Of a DNA stretch of 64,000 nucleotides, positions 12,586 through 24,619 are shown piece after piece. The notes beneath the pieces were generated by a model. The model saw only the letters and a list, made by a program, of their open reading frames with translations. It searched no databases and was not told where the DNA came from. How positions within the stretch are numbered: position 1 is the first letter of the stretch; the number at the start of each line of letters is the position of its first letter. This DNA is from Eledone cirrhosa (Eukaryota), in contig OZ024746.1 in assembly GCA_964016885.1 (NCBI GenBank), forward strand, positions 34,596,001 through 34,660,000, read 5' to 3'. A program made the translations under genes and the position numbers.

Positions 12586-14075
12586 GGGAAAAGTGAGAAG
12601 GAGTTGGATGTGCTTGTTGACACTGTCCGTATTTTCAGCAGTGATATATGTATGCAGTTTGGTATTGGTAAATGTGGAGTCATTGTGATGAAGAGGGGTA
12701 GGTTGAGCAGAAGTAACGGGATCCAGGTACCAACAGGTGAGATGATAAAGGAAATTGACTCTGAGGAAGGATACAAGTATTTGGGCGTTCTGGAGGCTGA
12801 TGGCATAAAGAACAAAAAAATGAAGGAATTGTTAAGAACTGAATACATTCGGAGAGTAAGGAGCGTATTGAAGTCACATCTGAACAGCAGAAATGCCATA
12901 AGCGCAGTAAATTCCCGAGCTGTGTCTATTATTAGGTACAGTGCGGGAATTCTGAGATGGAATGTTGCTGAACAAAAAGAAATGGATAGGAAGACTAGGA
13001 AGCTATTGACTATCTACAACATGTTCCACAAGAGGAGTGATGTCGATAGACTCTACCTAAGGAGATCTGAGGGTGGAAGAGGTCTTATCAGCATAGAGGA
13101 CTGTGTTCAGATGGAGAAAAACAACCTATACAAATACGTGACCTATAGTAAGGAGCCAATGCTCAGAACTGTACTGAAGGAGGGGACAGTAGGCCAGGGG
13201 ATGTCCAAGGAGGAAATAACATCAAGGAGGAAGAGCAGCCTTAAGGGAAAATCCCTTCATAGTACCTTCTTTGAGAAAACTGAATTTAGAGATCCACAGA
13301 CATGGAACTGGTTGAGAAGAGGAGACCTCAAAAAGGCTACAGAAGGAATGCTAATGGCTGCGCAGGAGCAGGCCCTCAAAACGAAGTGGTTGAAGCACCA
13401 TATCTACAAGGAGGAGGCTAGCCCATTGTGCAGGATCTGTGGAGAGAGAGAGGAGACTGTGGCTCACATTGTGTCCGAGTGTAAACACCTAGCCCAGACC
13501 CACTATAAGGGCTGGAGACACGATGTGATGGGCAGGGTGATCCACTGGCACCTGTGCAAAGTAAACAATCTACCACATTCTGAGAAATGGTATGAGCATA
13601 GGCCAGAGGCGGTGATGGAGAACAGTCAGGTGAAGGTGCTGTGGGATTTTAGGATACAGACGGACAAAAAACTGGAACACAATAGACCTGACCTGGTGGT
13701 TGTGGACAAAGAAAAAAGATCGTGCCTGATTGTGGATGTGGCCTGCCCGTTCGACACGAGAGTGCAAGAGAAGGAGAGGGAGAAAATTAACCGATAGCAG
13801 GACCTAAAGTGGGAGGTGAAAAGGATTTGGAACTGCCATGAAGTCAAAGTGATCCCGATTGTCATAGGCGCACTGGGGACTATCTCCAAAGGTTTCCAGG
13901 GATGGTTAAAGAAAATCGGCCCCTTCATGCTTTTTGGAACGCTTCAAAAGGCATGCTTGCTTGGAACAGCAAGAACCCTCCGATACGTCCTGAATATCTG
14001 AGGCTGCAGGTAGTGGCTTGATATTCAATCCAACGGACTTTCCAGTTAACCAACATCAATGACTGAGATTCAAGG
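12586..14075 (+). mobile_element. Dong/R4 LINE family A, 5'-truncated
   Basis: RT C-terminus (YKYLG), RLYL.R.EGGRGL, CCHC zinc finger CRICGEREETVAHIVSEC, RHD and NRPDLVV..D REL endonuclease motifs; premature TAG at 13795; (AAT)n flanks. Confidence 0.92.
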
Positions 14076-14109
14076 AATAACAATAACAATAATAATAATA
14101 ATAATAATA

Positions 14110-15455
14110 AACACGCTTGCCATACCAGTAGTAACCTACAGTTACAATGTCATCAACTGGTCAAGCACAGAGATCTGTAGGCTCGATACAAAAATTCGAA
14201 AATTCTTAACCATGCACAGAATGCATCACCCTAAGGCAGATATAGATAGAATATATCTCCCTAGGAAAGAAGGAGGACGTGGGTTAATCCAGTTAGACAT
14301 TGCGTTGAAAACTGCAGCAATTGGATTATCTACATATCTAAGTGAATCACATGATTGGATGATCAAACTCGTTTTGAAACACAAAAGCATCAAAAGATCA
14401 TATTCCATTACAAAAGATGCACAAAGATACAGTAATGGACTACAATTTTCAGAAGTCCCATTTACTGCTGAAATGGAAAACACAAAAAAAGCAAAGCAGG
14501 TAAAAGTAACTGCAAAGAAAGAACTGCTACAGAAACTGGCTAAGAAATGGCAAGAAAAGCCTCTGTATGGAAAATACCCAGAGCGAGCTAACAATCCTGA
14601 TGTTGACAAAACTTTAACCCATCAGTGGTTGGCATCCTCTGGACTGAAATCGGAGACTGAAGGACTGATTATATCGACACAAGATCAGTGTCTGCCAACA
14701 AAACATTACCAAGCCAACATAATAAAAAATAGGTGCAGCCCATTATGCCGTGTATGCAAAAAACAACCAGAGACCATTGACCATATAATTTCAATGTGCA
14801 GTCCTATAGCTCCAACCGAATACCTAAACAGGCATGACAGAGCTGCACAATACATACATTGGATAATGTGTAAGCATTTTGACCTGCCCCATCAAAAGAA
14901 TTGGTGGGAGCATCAACCACCTCCCATACTTGAAAAAGATCACATCTCAATCTTGTGGAACTTTAGCATCCAAACAGACCGAAAAATAGATGCAAACAGA
15001 CCTGATATAATATTGAAAGACTTTCAAAAGAGGGTATGCCTGCTAATTGATATGTCTGTTCCAATAGACAAGAATGTATCTATAAAAACATTTGAAAAAT
15101 TGAGCAAGTATAAGGACCTGGAGATAGAAATTAGAAAAATGTGGAAATTGAGAACTAAAACAATACCAGTGGTTGTAGGCGCTCTGGGAATGATACCTAA
15201 GGGGTCTAATGACTACTTATCTCAAATCCCAGGAAACCCGCGTATAGGAGAAATGCAAAAGATAGTACTAATGGGAACTGCCCATATACTAAGGAAGATT
15301 CTGTCAATATAAGTACATCACAAGTCTAAACACTAAAGATGCATGTGTGAATATGTATGTTCTTTCTTGAACATGGCGGACCTTGTTGTCTCTTGAGGCC
15401 ACTGGTTGTGACTTGGTGATAACTCGTATGAACATAAAGCAAGATAAATGCAACT

Positions 15456-15457
<2 letters not shown>
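14110..15457 (+). mobile_element. Dong/R4 LINE family B, 5'-truncated
   Basis: CRVCKKQPETIDHIISMC, RHD, NRPDIILKD, KYKDL motifs. Highly similar to 22820-24167; followed by (AAT)n. Confidence 0.92.
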
Positions 15458-15514
<57 letters not shown>

Positions 15515-15759
15515 GACACACATGGTGGATAGAAGGTCGAGAAATCGCTCCCGTAAGTTTTGATTTTTTAACATATTTAAATCAATCGTGAAATAACAAT
15601 TCTTAGTACAAATGTTGCATAAAACATCCGGCTTGAGTCCCACAAAATTCGGATCCATAATATATTGTTATATCGCTCAAATATTCAATTTTGTATTATA
15701 CATTTTATATTCAAAAAAGAAAATGGTTATAAATGGAAGAAAAACTCCCAAATAACAGC

Positions 15760-16260
15760 AATTTCACCAACATCAGAAACTAGATACACCACCTACCCCA
15801 TCGCCCCTCTGTGTACACTAAACACAACAGCCAGATAACGGCAATTTCACCACCACCACCACCAATCTCAACATAATAATAATAATAATAATAATAATAA
15901 TTACTATTATTATTGCCTCAAGTTTTAGTTTTAACAAAATGTTTAATTCCAATATTAAGAAAATATGTCAACACATATACGCGACTAACGATAATTTCAC
16001 TAAAGATAATTTAAACACCAATACCACCACCACTACCACGATGAAAACTCTGGTCAAGTCGACTCAAATTTCTACTCCAACTTCAACACCATCACTACAG
16101 TAATACGACCACATCACCACCACCACTGCCTCATTACAGCTACCGCCGCTATCTCTGCCACTACCTCCTGCTAGTTGCTGCTAGCACAGCACCGCCACCA
16201 CCACCACCACCACTGCCTCATTATCACTACCGCCGCTATTCTCTCCCTCTACCCCCTGCT
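15760..16260. repeat. Degenerate (CAC)n/(AAT)n low-complexity region
   Basis: Repeated caccaccac; local duplication of caccaccactgcctcatta at about 16118 and 16205. Confidence 0.6.
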
Positions 16261-16529
16261 ACATTGTAGAATTCCCACTAAAAGAGGAAAACATCAAAAT
16301 ATATAAATAGACTGAATTGATGACCCGGTCAAAACCAAAAAAACTAAAATCAAAATGAAAGCAGCACAGCAACAACGGAAAACGTAAAGGAAATAAAAAT
16401 GAAGAGAAAAACAAACGGACGGACAGAGAAGGGAAGGGAAAAACTAAGTCAGACATTCAAATACTACATTACAATAATCCTTATGCTTATTCATTTTTGG
16501 GGTCTTTTCTGCCTGTTTGTTTGTTTGTT

Positions 16530-17900
16530 TATTTGGGTTCGTCTACAGCTTGATAATGCCACACAAAAGTCACGTGGAGTGACGAAACCACCGGAGACGA
16601 GTAATTCACCGGTGGTTATGTAACCATACATTCGCCAATCCTCGATAAGAGTGTTTAAATGTCGAACCTAAACAGTTCGAATAACGGTGAAATGGAGACT
16701 AGAATGTCATGTGACAGACTCTCACCCAACAGGTGTTCCCTGGCTCAGCAGCAGGGACCTGGCTGTCAACCATATACTGCTGGTGTCGGAGGAAGAAGAA
16801 GAAGAAGAAGGAAAGGGACCAGAACCAACTGGACGAAAGAATTGAATAGAACTGTTATGCAATGTTACTCGAAGAGTAACCCCAAGGAGAAAGGCTATAG
16901 GAAAAGGATGCATAACATCTGGAACGAGATTGGTCCATTTAAATTAGATGAACAAAAACTGGCCGGGCAGGCTTGGGTAATAAGAACTAATGGGTGGATA
17001 AGCGAGCTGGAACTGGAGGAACTGAGCAGAGAGATTAGCTTGGAGATGGAGAATGGAGTATGCCAGGCAAACGAGCCAGTGGGAAATGAAGGTGAAGAGC
17101 TCGAGAGAACGGAGGAACCACCCGTAGCAGACAATAATCTGAATGCTGAGATAAATAGTACCTGGGACAGAGATACGGCCACTGAGGAGATGAATGCTGA
17201 CGGGCTTGGACAAGATTTGGTTGATATCCTAAACTTAGTGGTAGATGCATTGAACAATGATAGTGGGAGACCTATGAACCTAAGATTTGTAGAAAGGAAA
17301 CAGTTAAAAGAAACAACAGCTAAGGTAAACAAAGTCATCCCATACCTTGAGGCGAGGAGCCCTCACCAGTGCAACAATATCCCCAATGCAACAGCAAATA
17401 CGGTGAGGAAACTACTTGGCATAAAAGCGAGAGGAAACAACAGACAAGAAAGAGCAGAGCCTTGGTGGAAGAAACGACTGAGTGGTCAAATCAAGGAAAT
17501 GAGAAATGACATTGGAAAGCTTGAGTCCCTGCAGAATGGAACACTAAAAAACATACACACTAAAAATAGACTGGAAATAAAGTACAAAACTAGGAGGAAA
17601 AAGCTAAATATTATCTTAGAAGAACTGAATCAACACATTGTAGCAATGAGTGCAAAAATCAGGCGGTACAAGAACAGAGTCAGTCAGTATAGACAGAACC
17701 GCATGTTCGACAACAACCAGAAGATGCTGTTTGGACAGCTTGAAGGGAAAGATAGAGGCAACGGCTTGATCCCTGAGGCGGAACAAACTAAAACATTCTG
17801 GAGAGGAATATGGGAGCAGGATGTTAAACATAATGACCAGGCAGTCTGGATTGAGACAGTACAGAAGGAGATCAGTGAACAGGCACACCAACAAACCGAT
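16530..17900 (+). mobile_element. Dong/R4 LINE 5' portion (5' UTR + ORF N-terminus), 3' half missing
   Basis: ORF 16659-17903 has WTKELNRTVMQCY...GYRKRMHNIW, EPWWKKRL, RQNRMF and FWRGIW, typical of the R4/Dong pre-RT region. It ends abruptly at a Tx1 junction. Confidence 0.85.
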
Positions 17901-19339
17901 TAGACGTCCGCCAAGAGGCCTCCGAACAAGTCTGGCATCTGTACGTAAAGTTCATAGGGCAAACCATCCAAACCAGGCGATTTACCCCTTGTGCAGCCAG
18001 TCATTGCCTCCCTTACTTCAGCGGCTGTTATCGCAACACTTCGCCTCAGTGGCCGAGAGACGCGGCAGTCCGTCGAGGTAGACACTAAAGTCCATCCCTC
18101 AACCCGGCCCACCGCTGCCCCCGAACAGCTGAGCGAAGTGTCGCTGAAAAGCTTCACACATTTGCCCCGGATCGAGTAGCATGCGCCCGTCATGGTCCAC
18201 CAAAGACCGGATCGTGGCGTTGTTGCCACGACGCGCCTCCGCCACTCGGGCCCATTGAACGGCTTTCGTCCCCTCGTGTCTGAGAGCACGCACCCTTGCT
18301 CTGACAACGCAGACTTCGTGCTTTGCATTGAAGAATTGGTCAAGGGCCAATTTCGCCGCAAGCACGTCGGTCGCAATGCCTTTGCTAAGCGCCTCGTCTA
18401 ATTTTCTAACTAGTTCTCCCTCTGCTCTATTTTTCTCTATTGCTAAAGCCTGACTAAACCTAATGGATTCTATTCTAATCGCACTTTTCAGAGCAAACCA
18501 CCACTTGTTGTTGACGATGGCCCCCGTCAACGCCCGCTTAACTAGTTCGCTAATCCGGTCTCTGTAGGCCTTGCGCGCTGGTAAGGACGCGTTTAGCTTC
18601 CAGGAGCCGGGTCCTCGTCTATGAAGCCTATCTAAGTCAAGCACACAGATCACGAATTTGTTGTCCGTGTAGCTGACTATCTTGAATTGTGGACAGCCTA
18701 TGCTAGACCTATCTATTTCCCTACAAAATACTCTATCTAGATATGATCTGGATGACCCTATGCGATTTGTCCAAGTCCACATTGGCACATTCGGGAAATC
18801 CAATCGGTACCTGTCAGACAGTTCAAAACGCCTGAGCAGGTTGGTGAGGCTCTTGCACCCTCCACCCCTATCCGCTAATCCCACACAGTCCCAGCGTACA
18901 TCTAAGATCCCGTTCCAATCGCCCACTAACACTAAAGAGCGGGACGTTCCAAGAAAGGGCTCCAGACGCCGGAAGAAATCAGGCCGCCCTGCTCCTGTCG
19001 GGGCATAGACGGCCACTAGCCTGAAAGCTTGCCCGTCTCCACTGGTCACGTCCAGCACCACCAGCTTACCCTCTGGGTCCAGGAAGATGGCCCGTATGGC
19101 GAGATCCAAACCTCTCCGAAAAGCACAGCAACTCCGCCCCCCGATCCAGGACGGCTGGGAGATGCGTACACATCGTAGCCGCCGAATATCGGTGCGAAGG
19201 CCCGTGCTTCGGAGATTCTGGTCTCGCTGATGGCCACTACATCTATATTTAGTGACCTGAGGTCGTTGAGCAGGTGACCCTGCTTCCATGACGACCCCAA
19301 GCCACGCGCATTTATGCTGCCTATTCTGAGTGAGGTCAT
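17901..19339 (-). pseudogene. Tx1 ORF2 (APE endonuclease + linker), frameshifted and truncated
   Basis: Split across ORFs 19046-19339, 18099-19289 and 17900-18376. Confidence 0.85.
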
Positions 19340-19606
19340 GTTTAAAATAGAGTGGAAAAGATGGGAAAGACCACTTACCGTACTTTTCGTAGAGGAGGGA
19401 TGGTTTTTACATCCCTTTTCACTTGATCGTCTGGTGAAGGGACCGTTGAATCGTCCCTTCGACTGGTCGTCGGCTCTTCTATGAGACTGTCTGAATATAC
19501 TTTTCGATTGATAGTTCCTCCTAGGTCCCTGAAATCACCAACTGCGTTGGGGAATTTCGTTTTAGTGTTTGTGTATTGTTTCTGTGCTATTTTTAGCAGT
19601 CTTATG

Positions 19607-21478
19607 TTAGTTGGCGTTTTGATTGGTGCTGGTATTATGTAGTCGTTGTTGTGAAATGTCTGTGTGTTCAATTATGTAAGTCATTAGTTTCTTGTTGTGT
19701 GTATTTATTGCCGTGCATTTGTTTTTCTGGGGGTGGGGTGTGGTTCTGCTATTTTCTTTTCGTTGTTGCTGGGTGTGTGTGTTTTGTTGTTGTGTTTGCG
19801 ATGTTGGTGCTTGTGGTGGTGGTGTTGAATGTGTTGTTGGCGGTGGGGTTGTCGCCGGTGGTGGTGGTGGTGCTAGTGTGGGTGGTGATGGTGTTGGTGG
19901 TGTTGCTGCTGTAGGTCTCTTTGCAGTAGACCTTACCCTTTTCTCATTTCTTTCCTCCCTTTTCAAAGGCAACGATGCGCTGCTTCTGCGCTTGTGCCTT
20001 CTTACGACCTTTTGCCATCCCTCTCCCACCTCACACCCCATGTCTGATTCTGTGAAGTCGGGGAGGGGTACCAGCTCCTCTCTTTCACTTGTTGTTGTTG
20101 GTGATGTTTGCACTGGAGTCTCTGTTGCAGCTGCATTTGGTATTGCTGTTGTTGTTGTTAATATTTCCACTGCTGCTGCTGTTTTTGATTTCCGTGGAAT
20201 GGGTATGGGTGCCACTGACCTATCGTTCCTGGTTGCCGCTTGTCCTGTTGCTGGTAGCCGTGGATCCGGTTTCGGAAGGAGGGGGGTTTTCTCCTTTCTC
20301 AGGGTCTTCTCGTTGCAGAAGGCCCTGAGGTGAGTCTTCGATCCACAGCGAAAGCATTTCGGGCGTTTTCCCTCAACACTTATGGGCAGTTGAGTGCCGT
20401 TATCGAAGTCTATCACATGCGGGATAGCTTCGATGCACGCCTGGTTGGTTTGGATTAGCATCTCAATGGAGGTGCCGACCCAATCTTCTCTTACTTTCTT
20501 CTGTACTTGCAGTACAGTTGTTTTGTCCTCGATTCCGACGAGGACAGACGCGGCTAGCCAAGAAGGGGCCATCCGGGGGGGGGGGACGTGGGTCAGTTTA
20601 ACCCTCACAATTTTTTGCCCGCAGTAGGAGGGCACCAACACCATTTCCTCGCTCCTTAGGGTCACTACGGATTGGGCCTTTGCCTCCTGGGGTGTGGCAA
20701 AAAGTACGTCTACGGTGGCATATTTTTTGCCTCGGGTGATGTGCGTTTTCTGCTGCCACACAGACCCCAAGGCTTTTTGTATTTGAGCCTCTGTGGCTCT
20801 TTCCACCCTACGGGATTTTGTACTTACTATATGGTACGTGACCGTACAGTGCTGTTGGGTTTCGAAAAATGTTTCCGCTGCCTTGCAGATTGCTCGGTGT
20901 CCAGTCTTTGTCACCATCTTCTTCGCTTCCTCTAATTCCTCATTTGTTATGAGGATTGTTTCCAAGTTTTTCGCAATACCTGCAAATGAGATTGGTCTTT
21001 CTTTGCTGCTGTTGTTGTTGTTGTCGTCAGAGCTGCTGTTACTTTTGTTGTTGCTGCAGGTACTACGACTACTGCCGCCGCCGCTGTTGCTGTGGTTGTT
21101 GTTGGTGTTGCTGCTGCTAATGCTGTTGTTGTTTATGCTGCTGGTGATGCTGTTGCGGCTGCTACTGTTGTTTTCATTGTCACTGTTGCTGTTGTTATTA
21201 CGGCTGCTACTGCTATTATTCCTGACGTCAGACGAATGAACTGGGTTTTCGTATTTCCCGCACACCTGTTTCGTCGCTGTCGTCGTCGTCGTGGAGAAAC
21301 CTTGCACGCTTTGCACGAGACTTTTCTTTTCTTTCGTCGCTTGCGAAAGAGAAGGGAGGGAGAGAGACACATTTAAAGAAGGGAGCGAGAGAGACAATCT
21401 TCTCTCAGCTGTAGTGATGATTGAGGAAGAAGACGGAATGAGTGGGAGTGACCTATGAAATTTCTTTTTCGTAGCCAT
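19607..21478 (-). CDS. Tx1 ORF1 gag-like protein with zinc knuckle
   Basis: 623-aa ORF with CFRCGSKTHLRAFC (CX2CX4HX4C), an Asn/Ser-rich N-terminus and a Pro/Thr-rich C-terminus; lies directly upstream of the APE ORF. Confidence 0.85.
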   Translation of the reverse strand: MATKKKFHRSLPLIPSSSSIITTAERRLSLSLPSLNVSLSLPSLSQATKEKKSLVQSVQGFSTTTTTATKQVCGKYENPVHSSDVRNNSSSSRNNNSNSDNENNSSSRNSITSSINNNSISSSNTNNNHSNSGGGSSRSTCSNNKSNSSSDDNNNNSSKERPISFAGIAKNLETILITNEELEEAKKMVTKTGHRAICKAAETFFETQQHCTVTYHIVSTKSRRVERATEAQIQKALGSVWQQKTHITRGKKYATVDVLFATPQEAKAQSVVTLRSEEMVLVPSYCGQKIVRVKLTHVPPPRMAPSWLAASVLVGIEDKTTVLQVQKKVREDWVGTSIEMLIQTNQACIEAIPHVIDFDNGTQLPISVEGKRPKCFRCGSKTHLRAFCNEKTLRKEKTPLLPKPDPRLPATGQAATRNDRSVAPIPIPRKSKTAAAVEILTTTTAIPNAAATETPVQTSPTTTSEREELVPLPDFTESDMGCEVGEGWQKVVRRHKRRSSASLPLKREERNEKRVRSTAKRPTAATPPTPSPPTLAPPPPPATTPPPTTHSTPPPQAPTSQTQQQNTHTQQQRKENSRTTPHPQKNKCTAINTHNKKLMTYIIEHTDISQQRLHNTSTNQNAN

Positions 21479-21696
21479 GTTGTTTTTTTTTTGTTTAAAA
21501 TAAATATTGGGTACAAAACCCCAATAAGCAGCTATTTAACCCCGAAGGGCCAAATAACGGGCAGAAAGACCCCTCTCACGAGGAGGAGGGTGTTTTTGTC
21601 TACAAGTTCGTTAAAGTTTTAAACAATTTACAATTGTTATAGTGTTCAAAATTTACAATACCTTACAGAGCCGAGCCTCCGTCAACCATAGCATTC

Positions 21697-21726
<30 letters not shown>

Positions 21727-21727
<1 letters not shown>

Positions 21728-24167
21728 GAAATGGAAATGGAAATCCCCAGGAAAAGACAAAATACAAATGGAATTCCCCAGGAAAAGACAAAATACAAAT
21801 CTTTTGGATAAATGCCTTCACAGAGTCTCGTGAGCTGTTAGCCCAACTTTACAATGAAATAGTTAAGGAGTCAGAAAAGATACCATCATGGCTAGTTAAC
21901 GGCATTACATTCCTGCTTCCGAAGAATGATGAGACAAACAATCCCAAAAATTACAGACGGATAACTTGCTTGACCACAATGTATAAAATTTTAACATCAG
22001 TCCTAACTGAATACACATATGACCACCTGATAACAAATGACCTATTTCCCATTGAGCAGAAAGGGTGTAAACGAGGCTCATATGGCTGTAAGGATCAGCT
22101 TCTGGTTAACAAAATGATATTGGAAGATTGTTATAATAGACACAAAAATCTATCGATTGCTTGGATAGATTATAAAAAAGCATTCGATAGTTTGCCACAC
22201 AGTTGGATTGAAAAATGTTTAGAGATTTTCAAAATATCCCCCGTTGTCAGGAGGTTTTTGTCATTCAGTATGAAGACATGGAAAAGGACACTCCTTTTGA
22301 ATAGTGAAACAAAATCACTGGAAGCTGGAGAAGTCAATATTAATTGTGGAATTTTTCAGGGTGACTCTTTATCACCGCTTTTCTTCTGCATCGCACTTAT
22401 ACCATTAAGTAAAATGCTCAATGAAACAAAACATGGATATAAAGTCTATGACAAAACCATTAATCACCTGTTCTACATGGATGACCTGAGACTATTTGCA
22501 AAAAATGATGAACAATTGCAAGGGCTATTATCCACTGTGAAGCAGTTCAGTGATGACATTAAAATGGAGTTTGGACTAGATAAATGCGCCAAAGCAACGT
22601 TCACCAGAGGAAAGCTGCTGAAGAGTTCAGACATTAATCTTGATCGGGGGAACGTGATAAGAGAACTTGATCAAGAAAAAACTTACAAATATCTAGGTGT
22701 TTGTGAAGGAGGCGGAATCAAGCACTCGACAATGACGGAAAGGATAAGGAAGGAATGTTACCGCAGAGTAAGAGCAATCTTAAGAACGGAATTGAATGCA
22801 AGGAATAGTATCGATGCCATAAACACGCTTGCCATACCAGTAGTAACCTACAGTTACAATTTCATCAACTGGTCAAGCACAGAGATCCGTAGGCTCGATA
22901 CAAAAATTCGAAAATTCTTAACCATGCACAGAATGCATCACCCTAAGGCAGATATAGATAGAATATATCTCCCTAGGAAAGAAGGAGGACGTGGGTTAAT
23001 CCAGTTAGACATTGCGTTGAAAACTGCAACAATTGGATTATCTACATATCTAAGGGAAACACATGATTGGATGATCAAACTCGTTTTGAAACACGAAAGC
23101 ATCAAAAGATCATATTCCATTACAAAAGATGCACAAAGATACAGTAATGGACGACAAATTTCAGAAGTCCCATTTACTGCTGAAATGGAAAACACAGAAA
23201 AAGCAAAGCAGGTAAAAGTAACTGCAAAGAAAGAACTGCTACAGAAACTGGCTAAGAAATGGCAAGAAAAGCCTCTGTATGGAAAATACCCAGAGCGAGC
23301 TAACAATCCTGATGTTGACAAAACTTTAACCCATCAGTGGTTGGCATCCTCTGGACTGAAATCGGAGACTGAAGGACTGATTATATCGGCACAAGATCAG
23401 TGTCTGCCAACAAAAAATTACCAAGCCAACATAATAAAAAATGGGTGCAGCCCATTATGCCGTGTATGCAAAAAACAACCAGAGACCATTGACCATATAA
23501 TTTCAATGTGCAGTCCTATAGCTCCAACCGAATACCTAAACAGGCATGACAGAGCTGCACAATACATATATTTGATAATGTGTAAGCATTTTGACCTGCC
23601 CCATCAAAAGAATTGGTGGGAGCATCAACCACCTCCCATACTTGAAAAAGATCACATCTCAATCTTGTGGAACTTTAGCATCCAAACAGACCGAAAAATA
23701 GATGCAAATAGACCTGATATAATATTGAAGGACTTTAAAAAGAGGGTATGCCTGCTAATTGATATGTCTGTTCCAATAGACAAGAATGTATCTATAAAAA
23801 CATTTGAAAAATTGAGTAAGTATAAGGACCTGGAGATAGAAATTGGACAAATGTGGAAATTGAGAACTAAAACAATACCAGTGGTTGTAGGCGCTCTGGG
23901 AATGACACCTAAGGGGTCTAATGACTACTTATCGCAAATCCCAGGAAACCCGCGTATAGGAGAAATACAAAATATAGTACTAATGGGAACTGCCCATATA
24001 CTAAGGAAGATTCTGTCAATATAAGTACATCACAAGTCTAAACACTAAAGATGCATGTATGAATATGTATGTTCTTTCTTGAACATGGCGGACCTTGTTG
24101 TCTCTTGAGGTCACTGGTTGTGACTTGGTGATAACTCGTATGAACATAAAGCAAGATAAATGCTACT
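21727..24167 (+). mobile_element. Dong/R4 LINE family B, 5'-truncated just upstream of RT
   Basis: Lies between (AAT)n tracts; carries an uninterrupted RT-ZF-REL frame. Confidence 0.93.
21970..24024 (+). CDS. Dong/R4 reverse transcriptase + CCHC + restriction-like endonuclease (partial ORF)
   Basis: EQKGC, WIDYKKAFDS, GIFQGDSLSP, LFYMDDL, YKYLG, CRVC..H..C, RHD and RPDI..D motifs in 684 aa. Confidence 0.92.
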   Translation: MTTMYKILTSVLTEYTYDHLITNDLFPIEQKGCKRGSYGCKDQLLVNKMILEDCYNRHKNLSIAWIDYKKAFDSLPHSWIEKCLEIFKISPVVRRFLSFSMKTWKRTLLLNSETKSLEAGEVNINCGIFQGDSLSPLFFCIALIPLSKMLNETKHGYKVYDKTINHLFYMDDLRLFAKNDEQLQGLLSTVKQFSDDIKMEFGLDKCAKATFTRGKLLKSSDINLDRGNVIRELDQEKTYKYLGVCEGGGIKHSTMTERIRKECYRRVRAILRTELNARNSIDAINTLAIPVVTYSYNFINWSSTEIRRLDTKIRKFLTMHRMHHPKADIDRIYLPRKEGGRGLIQLDIALKTATIGLSTYLRETHDWMIKLVLKHESIKRSYSITKDAQRYSNGRQISEVPFTAEMENTEKAKQVKVTAKKELLQKLAKKWQEKPLYGKYPERANNPDVDKTLTHQWLASSGLKSETEGLIISAQDQCLPTKNYQANIIKNGCSPLCRVCKKQPETIDHIISMCSPIAPTEYLNRHDRAAQYIYLIMCKHFDLPHQKNWWEHQPPPILEKDHISILWNFSIQTDRKIDANRPDIILKDFKKRVCLLIDMSVPIDKNVSIKTFEKLSKYKDLEIEIGQMWKLRTKTIPVVVGALGMTPKGSNDYLSQIPGNPRIGEIQNIVLMGTAHILRKILSI

Positions 24168-24197
<30 letters not shown>

Positions 24198-24200
<3 letters not shown>

Positions 24201-24566
24201 TGCAGGGTCTGTGGGGAGAGAGAGGAGACTATGGCTCACATTGTATCCGTGTGTAAACACCTAGCCCAGACTCACTACAAATGCTGGGGACATGATGTGA
24301 TGGGTAGGGTGATCCACTGGCACCTATGCAAAGTAAAGAATTTACCACATTCTGAGAAGTGGTATGAGCATAAGCCAGAGTCGGTGATAGAAAACGATCA
24401 GGTGAAGGTGTTGTGGGATTTTAGGATACAGACGGACAAGAAACTGGAACACAATAGACCTGACCTGGTGGTTTTGGACAAGGAAAAAAGATCGTGCCTG
24501 ATCGTGGATGTGGCTTGCCCATTCGACACGAAAGTGCAGGAGAAGAAGAGAGAGAAAATTAACTGT
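24198..24566 (+). mobile_element. Dong/R4 family A-like endonuclease fragment
   Basis: CRVCGEREETMAHIVSVC...NRPDLVVLD, close to 13427-13795. Confidence 0.88.
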
Positions 24567-24619
24567 TACATGAATGTATATATAATTTATTTTGCAATAC
24601 ACTTTATGCTTAATTAAAA

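Larger units (their letters stand above)
17901..21697 (-). mobile_element. Tx1-type non-LTR retrotransposon, 5' half (ORF1 + APE endonuclease)
   Basis: ORF2 starts MTSLRIGSINARGL (19339), with SET, VYAP, GDWN and SYLDR APE motifs and KSPGLDGLPYELY; frameshifted. The 5' end abuts (AAT)n at about 21697. Confidence 0.9.
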
